Source: Candidatus Micrarchaeota archaeon (GTDB lineage: Archaea; Micrarchaeota; Micrarchaeia; Anstonellales; Bilamarchaeaceae). From it: a DNA stretch of 64,000 bases. The translations under genes were made by a program, and so were the position numbers. Of the stretch, positions 1 to 8,614 are shown in pieces. The notes under the pieces are model-generated. The model worked only from the letters and a program-made list of their open reading frames with translations, was not told the origin of the DNA and made no database searches. The first letter of the stretch is position 1, and each line of letters begins with the position of its first letter. The stretch is from positions 1-64,000 of the forward strand of contig JBDRCX010000006.1 in assembly GCA_043821365.1 (NCBI GenBank), written 5' to 3'.

Positions 1-146
1 TGGGTACTATGTCAGCCACAACTGCAGAATACAAAAGGTACATACTGACAAAATTATCTAACAAAGAAGAACTTGGGAGATTACAAGAGAATCTAAAAAG
101 AAGAGCGGATATGGGAAAGGATATATTAAAAAAAGACAAAAAGTGA
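1..146 (+). CDS. 3' end of an unidentified CDS (partial, runs off window start)
   Basis: Open frame reading ...GTMSATTAEYKRYILTKLSNKEELGRLQENLKRRADMGKDILKKDKK to TGA at 144-146, 9 nt before the next gene. Confidence 0.6.
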   Translation, partial: GTMSATTAEYKRYILTKLSNKEELGRLQENLKRRADMGKDILKKDKK

Positions 147-155
147 GGGTTTTGA

Positions 156-1001
156 ATGGAGCGAAAATTCATCAAAAGTTGTGTGCCTGGTTTAGATATG
201 GTTTTAGGTGGGGGACTATTAGAGAATTCAATTGTCACAGTAAGCGGACCAACTGGATGTGGAAAAAGTACACTTGCAGCACAATTCATACATAATGGAG
301 CAGTACAGGAAAATGAACCTGGTTTATACATATCGTTAGAAGAAAGCAGAAGCGACTTTCTTTTTCACACAAGTTCTTATAATTGGGATTTTCAAAGCCT
401 AGAAATGGACAAGAAATTCATTTTGCTGGATTACCCAATACACGAAGTAGACCAAATAGTAAATCAGGCCAGTGCTATCCAGGAAATAATTGCAACAACT
501 GGTGTTAAGAGAGTTGTAATAGATTCAATAATGCCAATTGCAATGTTCTTCCAAGGAGAAGATGAACGTAAAAAAGGATTCCTTAAGTTCATGGAGAACC
601 TAAGAAAATGGAAAGCAACAATATTGATTGTTTCTGAAGACATAACAGTTGTAGAAACAGAGCATGTACCAAACACAGGTTATATCATTGAGAGTTTTGC
701 TGATGGTTGGATAAACATGTTCTACAAATATAATGAAGAGAGGATGGAAAGATCAAGATATCTTGAAGTTTTAAAAATGAAGGGAGTTGGGCATTCAACA
801 AAATCATACCCAATAGCCATAGACAATGATGGCCTGAGAGTTATTGTACCAGAAAATGCAAAGATAGCAGTTGAAGGCTTAAAGAAAACAAGTAAGACCC
901 CTCCAGTAAAAAAACCAACTAAAACACCAACAAAGGCAACTGAAGGTAGTGCAAAAATAGCTGCAGTAAAGAAGAAGTTGCTCAGACGCGAGATACTATA
1001 A
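156..1001 (+). CDS. KaiC/RAD55-like RecA-superfamily ATPase with Lys/Thr/Pro-rich C-terminal tail
   Basis: GLDMVLGGG, Walker A GPTGCGKS, YISLEE, RVVIDS, and the R-x-LEVLKMKG motif of single-domain KaiC proteins. Confidence 0.9.
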   Translation: MERKFIKSCVPGLDMVLGGGLLENSIVTVSGPTGCGKSTLAAQFIHNGAVQENEPGLYISLEESRSDFLFHTSSYNWDFQSLEMDKKFILLDYPIHEVDQIVNQASAIQEIIATTGVKRVVIDSIMPIAMFFQGEDERKKGFLKFMENLRKWKATILIVSEDITVVETEHVPNTGYIIESFADGWINMFYKYNEERMERSRYLEVLKMKGVGHSTKSYPIAIDNDGLRVIVPENAKIAVEGLKKTSKTPPVKKPTKTPTKATEGSAKIAAVKKKLLRREIL

Positions 1002-1491
1002 TTCCCCATGGTTTTGAAATCTTTGTTTTTTCATTTTCATAGACTATTATTCTTTTCCCTAATTCTGTGAATTTTTTTACCGCAACTTCATCATAGTCTT
1101 GTAGGATAACATCCTTGAAGAACTCTGCCTTGCCTTGGTAATTTTTTGGTATTTTAGCTACAAGTAGATTTTTATTTAGATTTTTTAACGGGAGAGTATC
1201 TTCTGCAGAAACATCAAGTACAACTCGGCATTTTAAAGCTAAAAGTTTGGAAACAAATTCTAATTTAGGTGCACATTCAACTTGTATGTTTATGAAAAAT
1301 GTTAGACCACTATACATATCAAGATTATTAGAAAGGCCAGAAAGAGCATCAGCATCTACAAAATGTATGAGCTTATAATTTTCCTTCAAATCTTTGGCAA
1401 CATTAAGAGGTTTACCAACAAAACGCAGGATGCCGTCTTTTTTAGTGAAGACCTGTTTGTCCTTTATATATAGAAGAGGTATTTCAAACAA
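982..1491 (-). CDS. Degenerate, shortened HisA-like (beta/alpha-barrel) protein
   Basis: IPLLYIKD, GKPLNVAK, LIHFVDADA and IQVECAP parallel IPAIDLMD, KTPFEVAE, LIHVVDLDG and IQVGGG of the HisA in this window. Confidence 0.6.
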   Translation of the reverse strand: MFEIPLLYIKDKQVFTKKDGILRFVGKPLNVAKDLKENYKLIHFVDADALSGLSNNLDMYSGLTFFINIQVECAPKLEFVSKLLALKCRVVLDVSAEDTLPLKNLNKNLLVAKIPKNYQGKAEFFKDVILQDYDEVAVKKFTELGKRIIVYENEKTKISKPWGIIVSRV

Positions 1492-1492
1492 A

Positions 1493-2722
1493 TCAACGAC
1501 CTCTTAGTTGTTTTATTGCATCTGCAACATTTAACAATTGCTCTTTACCAGATGCCATATTACGAAGTGTTATTTTCTTTGTTGCTATTTCACGCTCACC
1601 AACTATTGCAACATATGGAATTGATAGAACATTAGCATAGTCAAATTGTTTACGAAGATTACGTTCATTAAGATCAGTTTCACATGGTATGTTTGCTTTT
1701 CTAAATTTTTCGGCAATTTCTATTGAATTTTTATAGAACTCTGGTTTGACTGCCGCAATAACAATCATGCTCTCGGTTTTTTTATCAGATTTTTTCTTTT
1801 CTTCTATTAATGTAATTAAACGTTCGATACCAAATGAAACCCCAACTGCAGGGGCATCTTGGCCATAAACCCCAAGAAGATTATCATACCTACCCCCACC
1901 TGCAACTGAACCCATATTATCGCTTAATTTGGCTTCGAAAACTGGGCCAGTATAGTATCCAAGTCCCCTAACCAAAAATAGATCAAATTCAACTTCAAAA
2001 TTACACATTGATAGAATTTCTTCAATTTCTTTTGCACCTTCTGGGCTATATTCTGCAGCAAGTTCCAATTTCTTTTTGTTATCTCCTTTTGTCCTTATAA
2101 TTTCAAGGAGTTTTTCAGCATTTTTTCCAAGAATTTCACGCAACAACTTTTCAACTTCTTTTTCTCCAATCTTATCAAGCTTATCAAGTATTCTGAATAC
2201 TTCTGTTTTTTTATCTACAAATCCAAGTTTCTCTGCAACTCCATCCAAAATTTTCCTATTATTAACCATTATCCTTGGTTTGTTAAAACCAAATTCAGCA
2301 CAAACAACTTTCACTAAAGAAAGAATTTCTGCCTCACATCGCATAGATGAACTTCCTACAATATCAACATCTGCTTGATAGAATTCGCGGAAACGCCCTC
2401 TTTGAGGTTCTTCTTTTCTCCAAACAACATCGATAGCATATCTCTTGAATGGTTTTGGAACTGTGGTGGAGGATGCATATCTAGCAAGCGGAACGGTTAG
2501 ATCAAACCTAAGACCATACTCATCACCATCAATTACAAAAATTTGCTTATCAACTTCTGGACCTGCTTTTGCTCTAAGTGTATCTAAGTATTCCATTGCA
2601 GGTGTCTCCAACGGTCGGTAGCCAAACACCTTGAAAACCGAACGTATTTTTTCAATTACTTCTTCTCTTATAATCATGTTCTCCGGATCAATATCACGCA
2701 TTCCTTTTGGAGTAAGTTTCAT
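1493..2722 (-). CDS. hisS: Histidyl-tRNA synthetase
   Basis: PKGMRD, LRFDLTVPLAR, motif 2 RFREFYQADVD, RGLGYYTG, GGGRYD, motif 3 GIERL, C-terminal anticodon-binding domain. Confidence 0.97.
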   Translation of the reverse strand: MKLTPKGMRDIDPENMIIREEVIEKIRSVFKVFGYRPLETPAMEYLDTLRAKAGPEVDKQIFVIDGDEYGLRFDLTVPLARYASSTTVPKPFKRYAIDVVWRKEEPQRGRFREFYQADVDIVGSSSMRCEAEILSLVKVVCAEFGFNKPRIMVNNRKILDGVAEKLGFVDKKTEVFRILDKLDKIGEKEVEKLLREILGKNAEKLLEIIRTKGDNKKKLELAAEYSPEGAKEIEEILSMCNFEVEFDLFLVRGLGYYTGPVFEAKLSDNMGSVAGGGRYDNLLGVYGQDAPAVGVSFGIERLITLIEEKKKSDKKTESMIVIAAVKPEFYKNSIEIAEKFRKANIPCETDLNERNLRKQFDYANVLSIPYVAIVGEREIATKKITLRNMASGKEQLLNVADAIKQLRGR

Positions 2723-2841
2723 AATATCACAACTTATATTTTCTCATTAATACATTTTCGTCATAAACATATGTTTTCCCTAGTTCGTTCGTCTCCCTAT
2801 GAACCAAGGCTCACGAAGTCAGGTGAATGTTCTGACCAATA

Positions 2842-3414
2842 TTATTTCCTTCTTCTTTCCAATTCATCCAGCACTTTAGAAAATTTAATGCTTCTGTTCT
2901 CCAGATATACCAGCATAAAAAACAGTAAATCTGCTGCTTCCCATATTATTTCATCATCTTTTTCGGCATTTAATAATTCAAGAAGCTCCTCATTAAGCTT
3001 ATTTACTATTTCTTGTTTGTCATTGATGATACTGGAAACATATGAATTTGGTTGTGGATCTTTTTTCCTGTTTGATATTACTTTGGTAAGTTTATCAAGT
3101 ATTAGTTGATCACCAAAGCAAGAGAACGCACCAGTGTGACAGGCAGGACCAGTTGGTCTTACTTTTACAAGTAGAGCATCAGAATCGCAATCAGGAGAAA
3201 TTGAAACGACTTTTAAAAAATTGCCACTTTCCTCACCTTTTTTCATAAGTTTCTTTTTACTTCTACTATATCTCCAAACATATCCTTCTTTTTTCATTCT
3301 ATCTATTGCATCTTGATTTGCATAGAATAATGATAGAACTGAACCACTGTCAGCATCCTGCACTATTAATGGGATAAGACCATTGAGATCAAATTTTATC
3401 TCTGACACAAACAT
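2842..3414 (-). CDS. hisI: Bifunctional phosphoribosyl-AMP cyclohydrolase / phosphoribosyl-ATP pyrophosphatase (HisIE)
   Basis: YSRS, KGEESG, DCDSDALL and GPACHTGAFSCF (HisI); K-x-x-EE and EAADLLF (HisE). Start set at ATG 3414 behind GGAG. Confidence 0.95.
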   Translation of the reverse strand: MFVSEIKFDLNGLIPLIVQDADSGSVLSLFYANQDAIDRMKKEGYVWRYSRSKKKLMKKGEESGNFLKVVSISPDCDSDALLVKVRPTGPACHTGAFSCFGDQLILDKLTKVISNRKKDPQPNSYVSSIINDKQEIVNKLNEELLELLNAEKDDEIIWEAADLLFFMLVYLENRSIKFSKVLDELERRRK

Positions 3415-4156
3415 CAACTCCATTTTGTTTTAGAAATGATTTAAGCTCTGGAATTTTTATCTCATTATAGTGGAAAAGACTTGCTGCCAAAGCAGCAGAA
3501 GATTTTGTTTTTTGAAAAACATCAAGAAAGTCAGTACTTGTTCCTGCGCCTCCTGAAGCAATTACTGGGACATTTACAGAATTGCAGATCATATTCATAA
3601 GTTCAAGATCAAAACCTGACTTTGTACCGTCCCTGTCAATACTTGTCACAAGAAGTTCACCTGCACCAAGTGAAACTGCTTGTTTGGCCCACTCAACAGC
3701 ATTGAGATTGGTTGGGATTGAACCTCCTTTAGAATATACCATCCAATTATTTTGTTGTTTTTTGGCATCTATGGCAACCACCACGGCCTGTGACCCGAAT
3801 TCTTTTGAAGCAGCTTCAATAAGAGATGGGTTTTCAATTGCTGCACTATTAAGTGAAATTTTATCAGCACCAGCCTTAAGGAGTGATTTGATATCTTCTA
3901 TTGATGAGATACCCCCACCAATGGTGAATGGTATGAAAACTTCTTTTGCAACTGCATTTGCAAGTTTTGTTAATGTTTTTCTTTTTTCCAAAGATGCAGA
4001 TATATCCAAAAAAATTATTTCATCTGCGCCTTCCTCATAGTACCGTTGCGCCAGTTCAACTGGGTCTCCTGCGTCCCTGATTGACACAAAATTAGTACCT
4101 TTAACAACCCTGTTTTCTTTGATATCAAGACAGGGGATAATTCTTTTGCACCACAT
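3389..4156 (-). CDS. hisF: Imidazole glycerol phosphate synthase cyclase subunit
   Basis: KRIIPCLD, GDPVELA, FLDISAS, VVVAIDAK, TSIDRDGTKSGFD, IASGGAG. Confidence 0.97.
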   Translation of the reverse strand: MWCKRIIPCLDIKENRVVKGTNFVSIRDAGDPVELAQRYYEEGADEIIFLDISASLEKRKTLTKLANAVAKEVFIPFTIGGGISSIEDIKSLLKAGADKISLNSAAIENPSLIEAASKEFGSQAVVVAIDAKKQQNNWMVYSKGGSIPTNLNAVEWAKQAVSLGAGELLVTSIDRDGTKSGFDLELMNMICNSVNVPVIASGGAGTSTDFLDVFQKTKSSAALAASLFHYNEIKIPELKSFLKQNGVDVCVRDKI

Positions 4157-4853
4157 TAGAACCACCTTCTAGTAAAAATCCATCACGTAATTTGATCCTT
4201 CCTTCAAGAAATGCTCTTCCAACAATTGCACCATATAACCCCATTTTCCTCAATTCTATAAGATCTGGAAGATCAAGCACCCCACCAGCAGCAATTATTT
4301 TGGCTTTTGTTTGCTTCATAAGGTTAGATAAAAGCTGAGTGTTTGGACCCATATACGTACCGTCTCTTGAAGTGTCTGTTACCACTATTTCACTGAGATT
4401 TTTTGATGTTTCCTTGAAGCTGAGTTTTGTTTTCTTTGTCCAACCAGCATATGAAAGTTTGTCATCTTTGAAATCAAAAGAACCAATTAATCTTCCATAA
4501 AATTTCTCTTTTATTCTTTTTGCAATTGCTTGATCTTTGAAAAGCAATGTGCTTACAATTACCTTCCTGACTCCGCCCTCAAGTAATTTTTTTATTGCTG
4601 TTTCGGATCTTACTCCACCGCCCACTTGTATTGGGAATTTTTTTGCTAATGATAATATTGTTTCAATATTTTTCATTTTGCCTGTGAATGCTCCGTCAAG
4701 ATCAACTACGTGTATTAGTCTCACTCCCAAACTCTCATATTGCTCTGCAACTTCAAACGGAGTTTTGGCATAGCTTATTAGTTTGTCTTTCTGACCTTTA
4801 ACAAGTCGAATGCATTTTCCATCCATCAAATCAATTGCCGGTATCACGATCAT
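4125..4853 (-). CDS. hisA: ProFAR isomerase
   Basis: IPAIDLMDGKCIRL, HVVDLDGA, IQVGGGVR, TDTSRDGT, IAAGGV. Confidence 0.95.
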   Translation of the reverse strand: MIVIPAIDLMDGKCIRLVKGQKDKLISYAKTPFEVAEQYESLGVRLIHVVDLDGAFTGKMKNIETILSLAKKFPIQVGGGVRSETAIKKLLEGGVRKVIVSTLLFKDQAIAKRIKEKFYGRLIGSFDFKDDKLSYAGWTKKTKLSFKETSKNLSEIVVTDTSRDGTYMGPNTQLLSNLMKQTKAKIIAAGGVLDLPDLIELRKMGLYGAIVGRAFLEGRIKLRDGFLLEGGSNVVQKNYPLS

Positions 4854-5437
4854 TTTTTCACCTCTTTTGTAAATCTTTTTAATAAATCCAACCCAGCGTT
4901 ACCACTTTTCTCAGGGTGGAATTGAGTTAGTAGAATATTTTTGGAACATATTACAGATGGAAAGTCCAGACCATAGTTCGTCCATGCAGAAACGACCTGG
5001 CCATCTGGAACGCAGTAATAAGAGTGAACAAAGTATGCATAGAATTCAGAATTACCACCAAAGATTGAGTCTTTTGATGACACTAGATTCCATCCTATGT
5101 GTGGAACTGGCAAACTAAAATTGAATTTTTTAACTGCACCTTTCAATACACCAAGTCCTTTGGTCTTTGGCGATTCCTCGCTTTTTTCAAACAACAACTG
5201 CATTCCAAGACAAATTCCAAGGAATGGTTTTTGTTTTATAAGATCACAAATAACATTTGCATTTGGTTCAATCTTTTTCATAGCTGCCCCAAAAGAACCA
5301 ACTCCAGGTAACACTAGACCATCTGCTTTTTCCCAAAACATTGGATCGGAACTTGCAACTGCATCTACCCCAATTTTGTTGAATGCATTTTTTACATTTG
5401 CAATATTTCCAGCCCCATAATCAATTATAGTAATCAT
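4850..5437 (-). CDS. hisH: Imidazole glycerol phosphate synthase glutamine amidotransferase subunit
   Basis: IIDYGAGN, LPGVGSF, GICLGMQ (catalytic Cys), PHIGWN, YFVHSY, QFHPEKS. Confidence 0.97.
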   Translation of the reverse strand: MITIIDYGAGNIANVKNAFNKIGVDAVASSDPMFWEKADGLVLPGVGSFGAAMKKIEPNANVICDLIKQKPFLGICLGMQLLFEKSEESPKTKGLGVLKGAVKKFNFSLPVPHIGWNLVSSKDSIFGGNSEFYAYFVHSYYCVPDGQVVSAWTNYGLDFPSVICSKNILLTQFHPEKSGNAGLDLLKRFTKEVKK

Positions 5438-6288
5438 GTAACCACCCGAGACACATTCATAACAAGAATGTCTTTTGCGCCAGCCTTCTTGATTTTGCCC
5501 ATTGTTGAAATCAAATTTTGGCTGTCAACAACGCTGTGAATTGAGAATCCACCATTTGCAAGGCTAAGAACAGTTGGGCTATCCATTGCAGGCATCACAC
5601 TGACAACAGAATCAAGTGTTTGTTTGTCAGGCACATTTGCCATGATATATCTTTTTTCTTCGGCAGTGATTACACTTTCAATGGAAAGAGCAATTTCAGT
5701 TACTTCTTCTTGTTTTTTCTGGAAGGAATCGTTATTTACTATAAGGCATGATTTGGATTCCATAATATTGTCAATTACCACAAGGTTGTTCTGGGTCAAA
5801 GTTGTACCTGTGCTCACTTGATCAACAATCACATCAGCTATGCCCAAATAAGGAGCCAGCTCAGTTGCACCATCAACCTTTACAATTTTGCATTTAATCC
5901 CCTTATCTGCAAAATATTTTTCTGAAATATTTGCAAGTTTAGTTGCAACCTTAATCCCATCACTGCAATCACTAACTGATTTGATATTGGAATCTTTTGG
6001 AGCTGCAAGTGCAATTTTACATGTTCCGAAATTTAGCGCGAGTAATTTTTTTACATCTACCATGCTTTCGTTTATCATATCCTCGCCACTAATGCCAAGA
6101 TCAGCTGCACCAGATTGAACATATAATGGAATGTCAGAGGCACGGGCATATACAATCAAAATATTTGGATTGTTCGTATTTGCATATAGTTTACGCCCAT
6201 TTTCTGGTATTTCTAAACCAATTTTTTCCAATAGCCTAAGTATGTCTGGCTTTAATCTTCCTTTATTTGGAATTGCTAATTTTATCAT
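5434..6288 (-). CDS. hisG: ATP phosphoribosyltransferase, long form
   Basis: AIPNKGRL, RASDIP, DLGISGED, GATELAP, DQVSTGTTL; C-terminal regulatory domain ending GAKDILV. Confidence 0.96.
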   Translation of the reverse strand: MIKLAIPNKGRLKPDILRLLEKIGLEIPENGRKLYANTNNPNILIVYARASDIPLYVQSGAADLGISGEDMINESMVDVKKLLALNFGTCKIALAAPKDSNIKSVSDCSDGIKVATKLANISEKYFADKGIKCKIVKVDGATELAPYLGIADVIVDQVSTGTTLTQNNLVVIDNIMESKSCLIVNNDSFQKKQEEVTEIALSIESVITAEEKRYIMANVPDKQTLDSVVSVMPAMDSPTVLSLANGGFSIHSVVDSQNLISTMGKIKKAGAKDILVMNVSRVVT

Positions 6289-6900
6289 TTATATCACTCC
6301 TTTTGTACTTGGTATTTTCCCAATTTGTCTTGGATCATTTTCAACAGCTAAGCGCAATGCTTTACCAAATGCTTTGAATGATGCTTCGATCTCGTGGTGT
6401 GCATTGCCGCTTCTTGTTAAGCGTATGGCAATATTTGCCTTCATGCTTGACGCCATTGCCCAGAAGAATTCCTTGATATCCTCAGTTGCAAGATCAGACA
6501 CCGTTTCACTGCTATATTTAAGCTGGGCTGAGTTTTTGTCCTCAAAAATCAATCTACCTCTTCCTGAAAGATCAACGATTGACTCCGCAATAGCATCATC
6601 CATCATGTAACGGAATTCAAACCAACCTGCACGATTGATTCCTTTTTTCTCAGAAAGTGCTTTTGCTATTGCACTGCCAAGAACAATGCCAACATCCTCA
6701 ACAGTGTGGTGTGTTCCTGTTTCAAGATCACCTTGTGCAGAAACTTGCATATCAATAAGGGAATATTTTGAAAGTGCGGTAAGTAAGTGATCGAAAAAAC
6801 CGACGCCTGTATTTATTTTCGATTCGCCTGTGCCGTCAATGTTCACCTGCACTTCTATTGTAGTTTCTTTTGTTTTCCGTTTTTCCATTGCTAATCTCAT
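6289..6900 (-). CDS. hisB: Imidazoleglycerol-phosphate dehydratase
   Basis: RKTKET, GFFDHLL, HHTVEDVGI, MDDA, NAHHEIEASFKAFGKALR. Confidence 0.97.
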   Translation of the reverse strand: MRLAMEKRKTKETTIEVQVNIDGTGESKINTGVGFFDHLLTALSKYSLIDMQVSAQGDLETGTHHTVEDVGIVLGSAIAKALSEKKGINRAGWFEFRYMMDDAIAESIVDLSGRGRLIFEDKNSAQLKYSSETVSDLATEDIKEFFWAMASSMKANIAIRLTRSGNAHHEIEASFKAFGKALRLAVENDPRQIGKIPSTKGVI

Positions 6901-8609
6901 TCTAACACCCCCAAAATTTCATTAACATCTTTCAACAAGTAGTCTGCCTCAAGATTTTGTGTCACGGACGCAAATTTTAATTTAGCTGCACGTGCAGCAA
7001 GACCATCGTTGACTGTATCCCCAATGTAGATTGCACTAGTACAGTTCATTCTTTCCATAACAAGCAGAATTGGATCTGGGTCTGGTTTTTCATATTTACA
7101 ATCTTCTTGTGCAACAACACACTTAGGCTTGAAAATATTTGGAAAAAATCGGTCGAGAACATATATTGCCTCTGTACGAGGGCGGCTTGTCACAACCCCC
7201 AATTTATAGCCGTATTCAACTAGCACTTTTAGAATTCCAAGTTTTGCAATTGGAATTTCACAGTTTCTTAGACTGCCAAGGTAAAGTTCCTGAAATTGTT
7301 GTTTTATTTTTGTATAGAATAGGTCATTTCTATCAATGGATGCAAGATCATCTAAACCAGTAACCAATGCATAAGTCACATCCCAATCATTGTTTGAGTT
7401 TGGTTTTTGCTTAATCCTGTCAATATCAGCATCACACACCTCGCGACCAGAGATTAATTTTACAGTTTGTTTAATTGCCTCCCTATAAGACTGAGAAACA
7501 TCAACCAGAACACCATCTATGTCAAATATTACTGCACCAACCTTAGCAGAGTTTTCTCCTTTCCCGAGTATTTCACTAAGTGCTACTAAGAATTTTGCAT
7601 TTTCCTCATCAGTTCCGATATTTACCCGAAGATAGTCACTCATTTTTGGGTATTTGGTTATATTTCTAACTAGAATACCTCTTTTTTCAAGCCCTTCAAA
7701 TACTCTTTTTGCATCTTTAACTTTGAATGAAAGGAAGTTTGTTTCACTATCCAAAACTTCAACAATTTTCCTCATTTCAGTAAGCATTTTTTTCCTATTC
7801 GCATTTAGCATTGGAATTTTTTGTAAAAAGGTTTCTTCATTATCAAGTAATATTTCACCGATAATCTGTGTCAGAACACTTAGATTCCATGGTAGCCTCA
7901 CTCGATTTATGTATTCTGCAACTCTTTTATTTGCAAGAATGTACCCCAACCTCACCCCAGCAGCAGAATAAACTTTAGAGAATGTCCTTCCAATAATCAC
8001 ATTTTCATATTTCAAAAATTCTAAGCAATCATCTTGTGCAAATTCAGCATAAGCTTCATCAATAAACACAATTCCAGATGTTCCTTTAATTATTTTTTCA
8101 ATGATTTTTTTATCCCAGGAATTTCCAGTCTGGCTGTTTGGTCTGCATAAGAAAGTTAGTTTTGCATCTTTGCTCTCTTTTACAAATTTTTCTGTTAGTT
8201 TAAACTTATCACCAAGTTCTACTGCGGCATCTTTTGCACCAGCAACATCTGCACATACCTTATACATAGCAAAACTCGGAATAGGCCTAACTATTTTTTC
8301 ACCTTCAGAAACAAAAGTCATTATAGTATAATAGAAGAGCTCGTCCATTCCACATCCTAAAACAACCTGGTCTGGATCAACATTGAATTTTTTCCCAAGT
8401 CTCTCCCTCAATCCTTTGGATGAACCTTCACTGTACCTATTGAAATCAATCACATCAATTTTTTCTTTTATTTTTTGCTTAACCTCTTTAGGTAGATTGT
8501 AAGGAGATTCGTTTTGATTCAGTTTAACTTCTCCGAATGTCTCTGATGGTCCTGGGTATGGTGCCATTTTTCGAATATTATTTCTGACTAAATTATCTAT
8601 GTTGCCCAT
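6897..8609 (-). CDS. hisC: Histidinol-phosphate aminotransferase fused to a C-terminal HAD phosphatase (putative histidinol-phosphate phosphatase)
   Basis: N-terminal part: LNQNESP, CRPNSQTG, DEAYAEF, RTFSK (PLP Lys), RLGY. C-terminal part: FDIDGVLVD, VVTSRP, KPDPDP, YIGDTVND. Start at ATG 8609 behind AGGTGA. Confidence 0.93.
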   Translation of the reverse strand: MGNIDNLVRNNIRKMAPYPGPSETFGEVKLNQNESPYNLPKEVKQKIKEKIDVIDFNRYSEGSSKGLRERLGKKFNVDPDQVVLGCGMDELFYYTIMTFVSEGEKIVRPIPSFAMYKVCADVAGAKDAAVELGDKFKLTEKFVKESKDAKLTFLCRPNSQTGNSWDKKIIEKIIKGTSGIVFIDEAYAEFAQDDCLEFLKYENVIIGRTFSKVYSAAGVRLGYILANKRVAEYINRVRLPWNLSVLTQIIGEILLDNEETFLQKIPMLNANRKKMLTEMRKIVEVLDSETNFLSFKVKDAKRVFEGLEKRGILVRNITKYPKMSDYLRVNIGTDEENAKFLVALSEILGKGENSAKVGAVIFDIDGVLVDVSQSYREAIKQTVKLISGREVCDADIDRIKQKPNSNNDWDVTYALVTGLDDLASIDRNDLFYTKIKQQFQELYLGSLRNCEIPIAKLGILKVLVEYGYKLGVVTSRPRTEAIYVLDRFFPNIFKPKCVVAQEDCKYEKPDPDPILLVMERMNCTSAIYIGDTVNDGLAARAAKLKFASVTQNLEADYLLKDVNEILGVLE

Positions 8610-8614
8610 CAATT

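Noticed and set aside
156-1001. KaiC-like gene as a circadian clock component
   Set aside because: It is a single-domain protein with no KaiB/KaiA nearby; such ATPases are common in archaea.
1493-2722. hisS being HisZ (regulatory subunit of HisG)
   Set aside because: It has intact class II motifs and an anticodon-binding domain, and HisG is the long form that does not need HisZ.
2776-2840. Structured RNA between hisIE and hisS
   Set aside because: Only short 4-5 bp stems are present, which is not enough to support a call.
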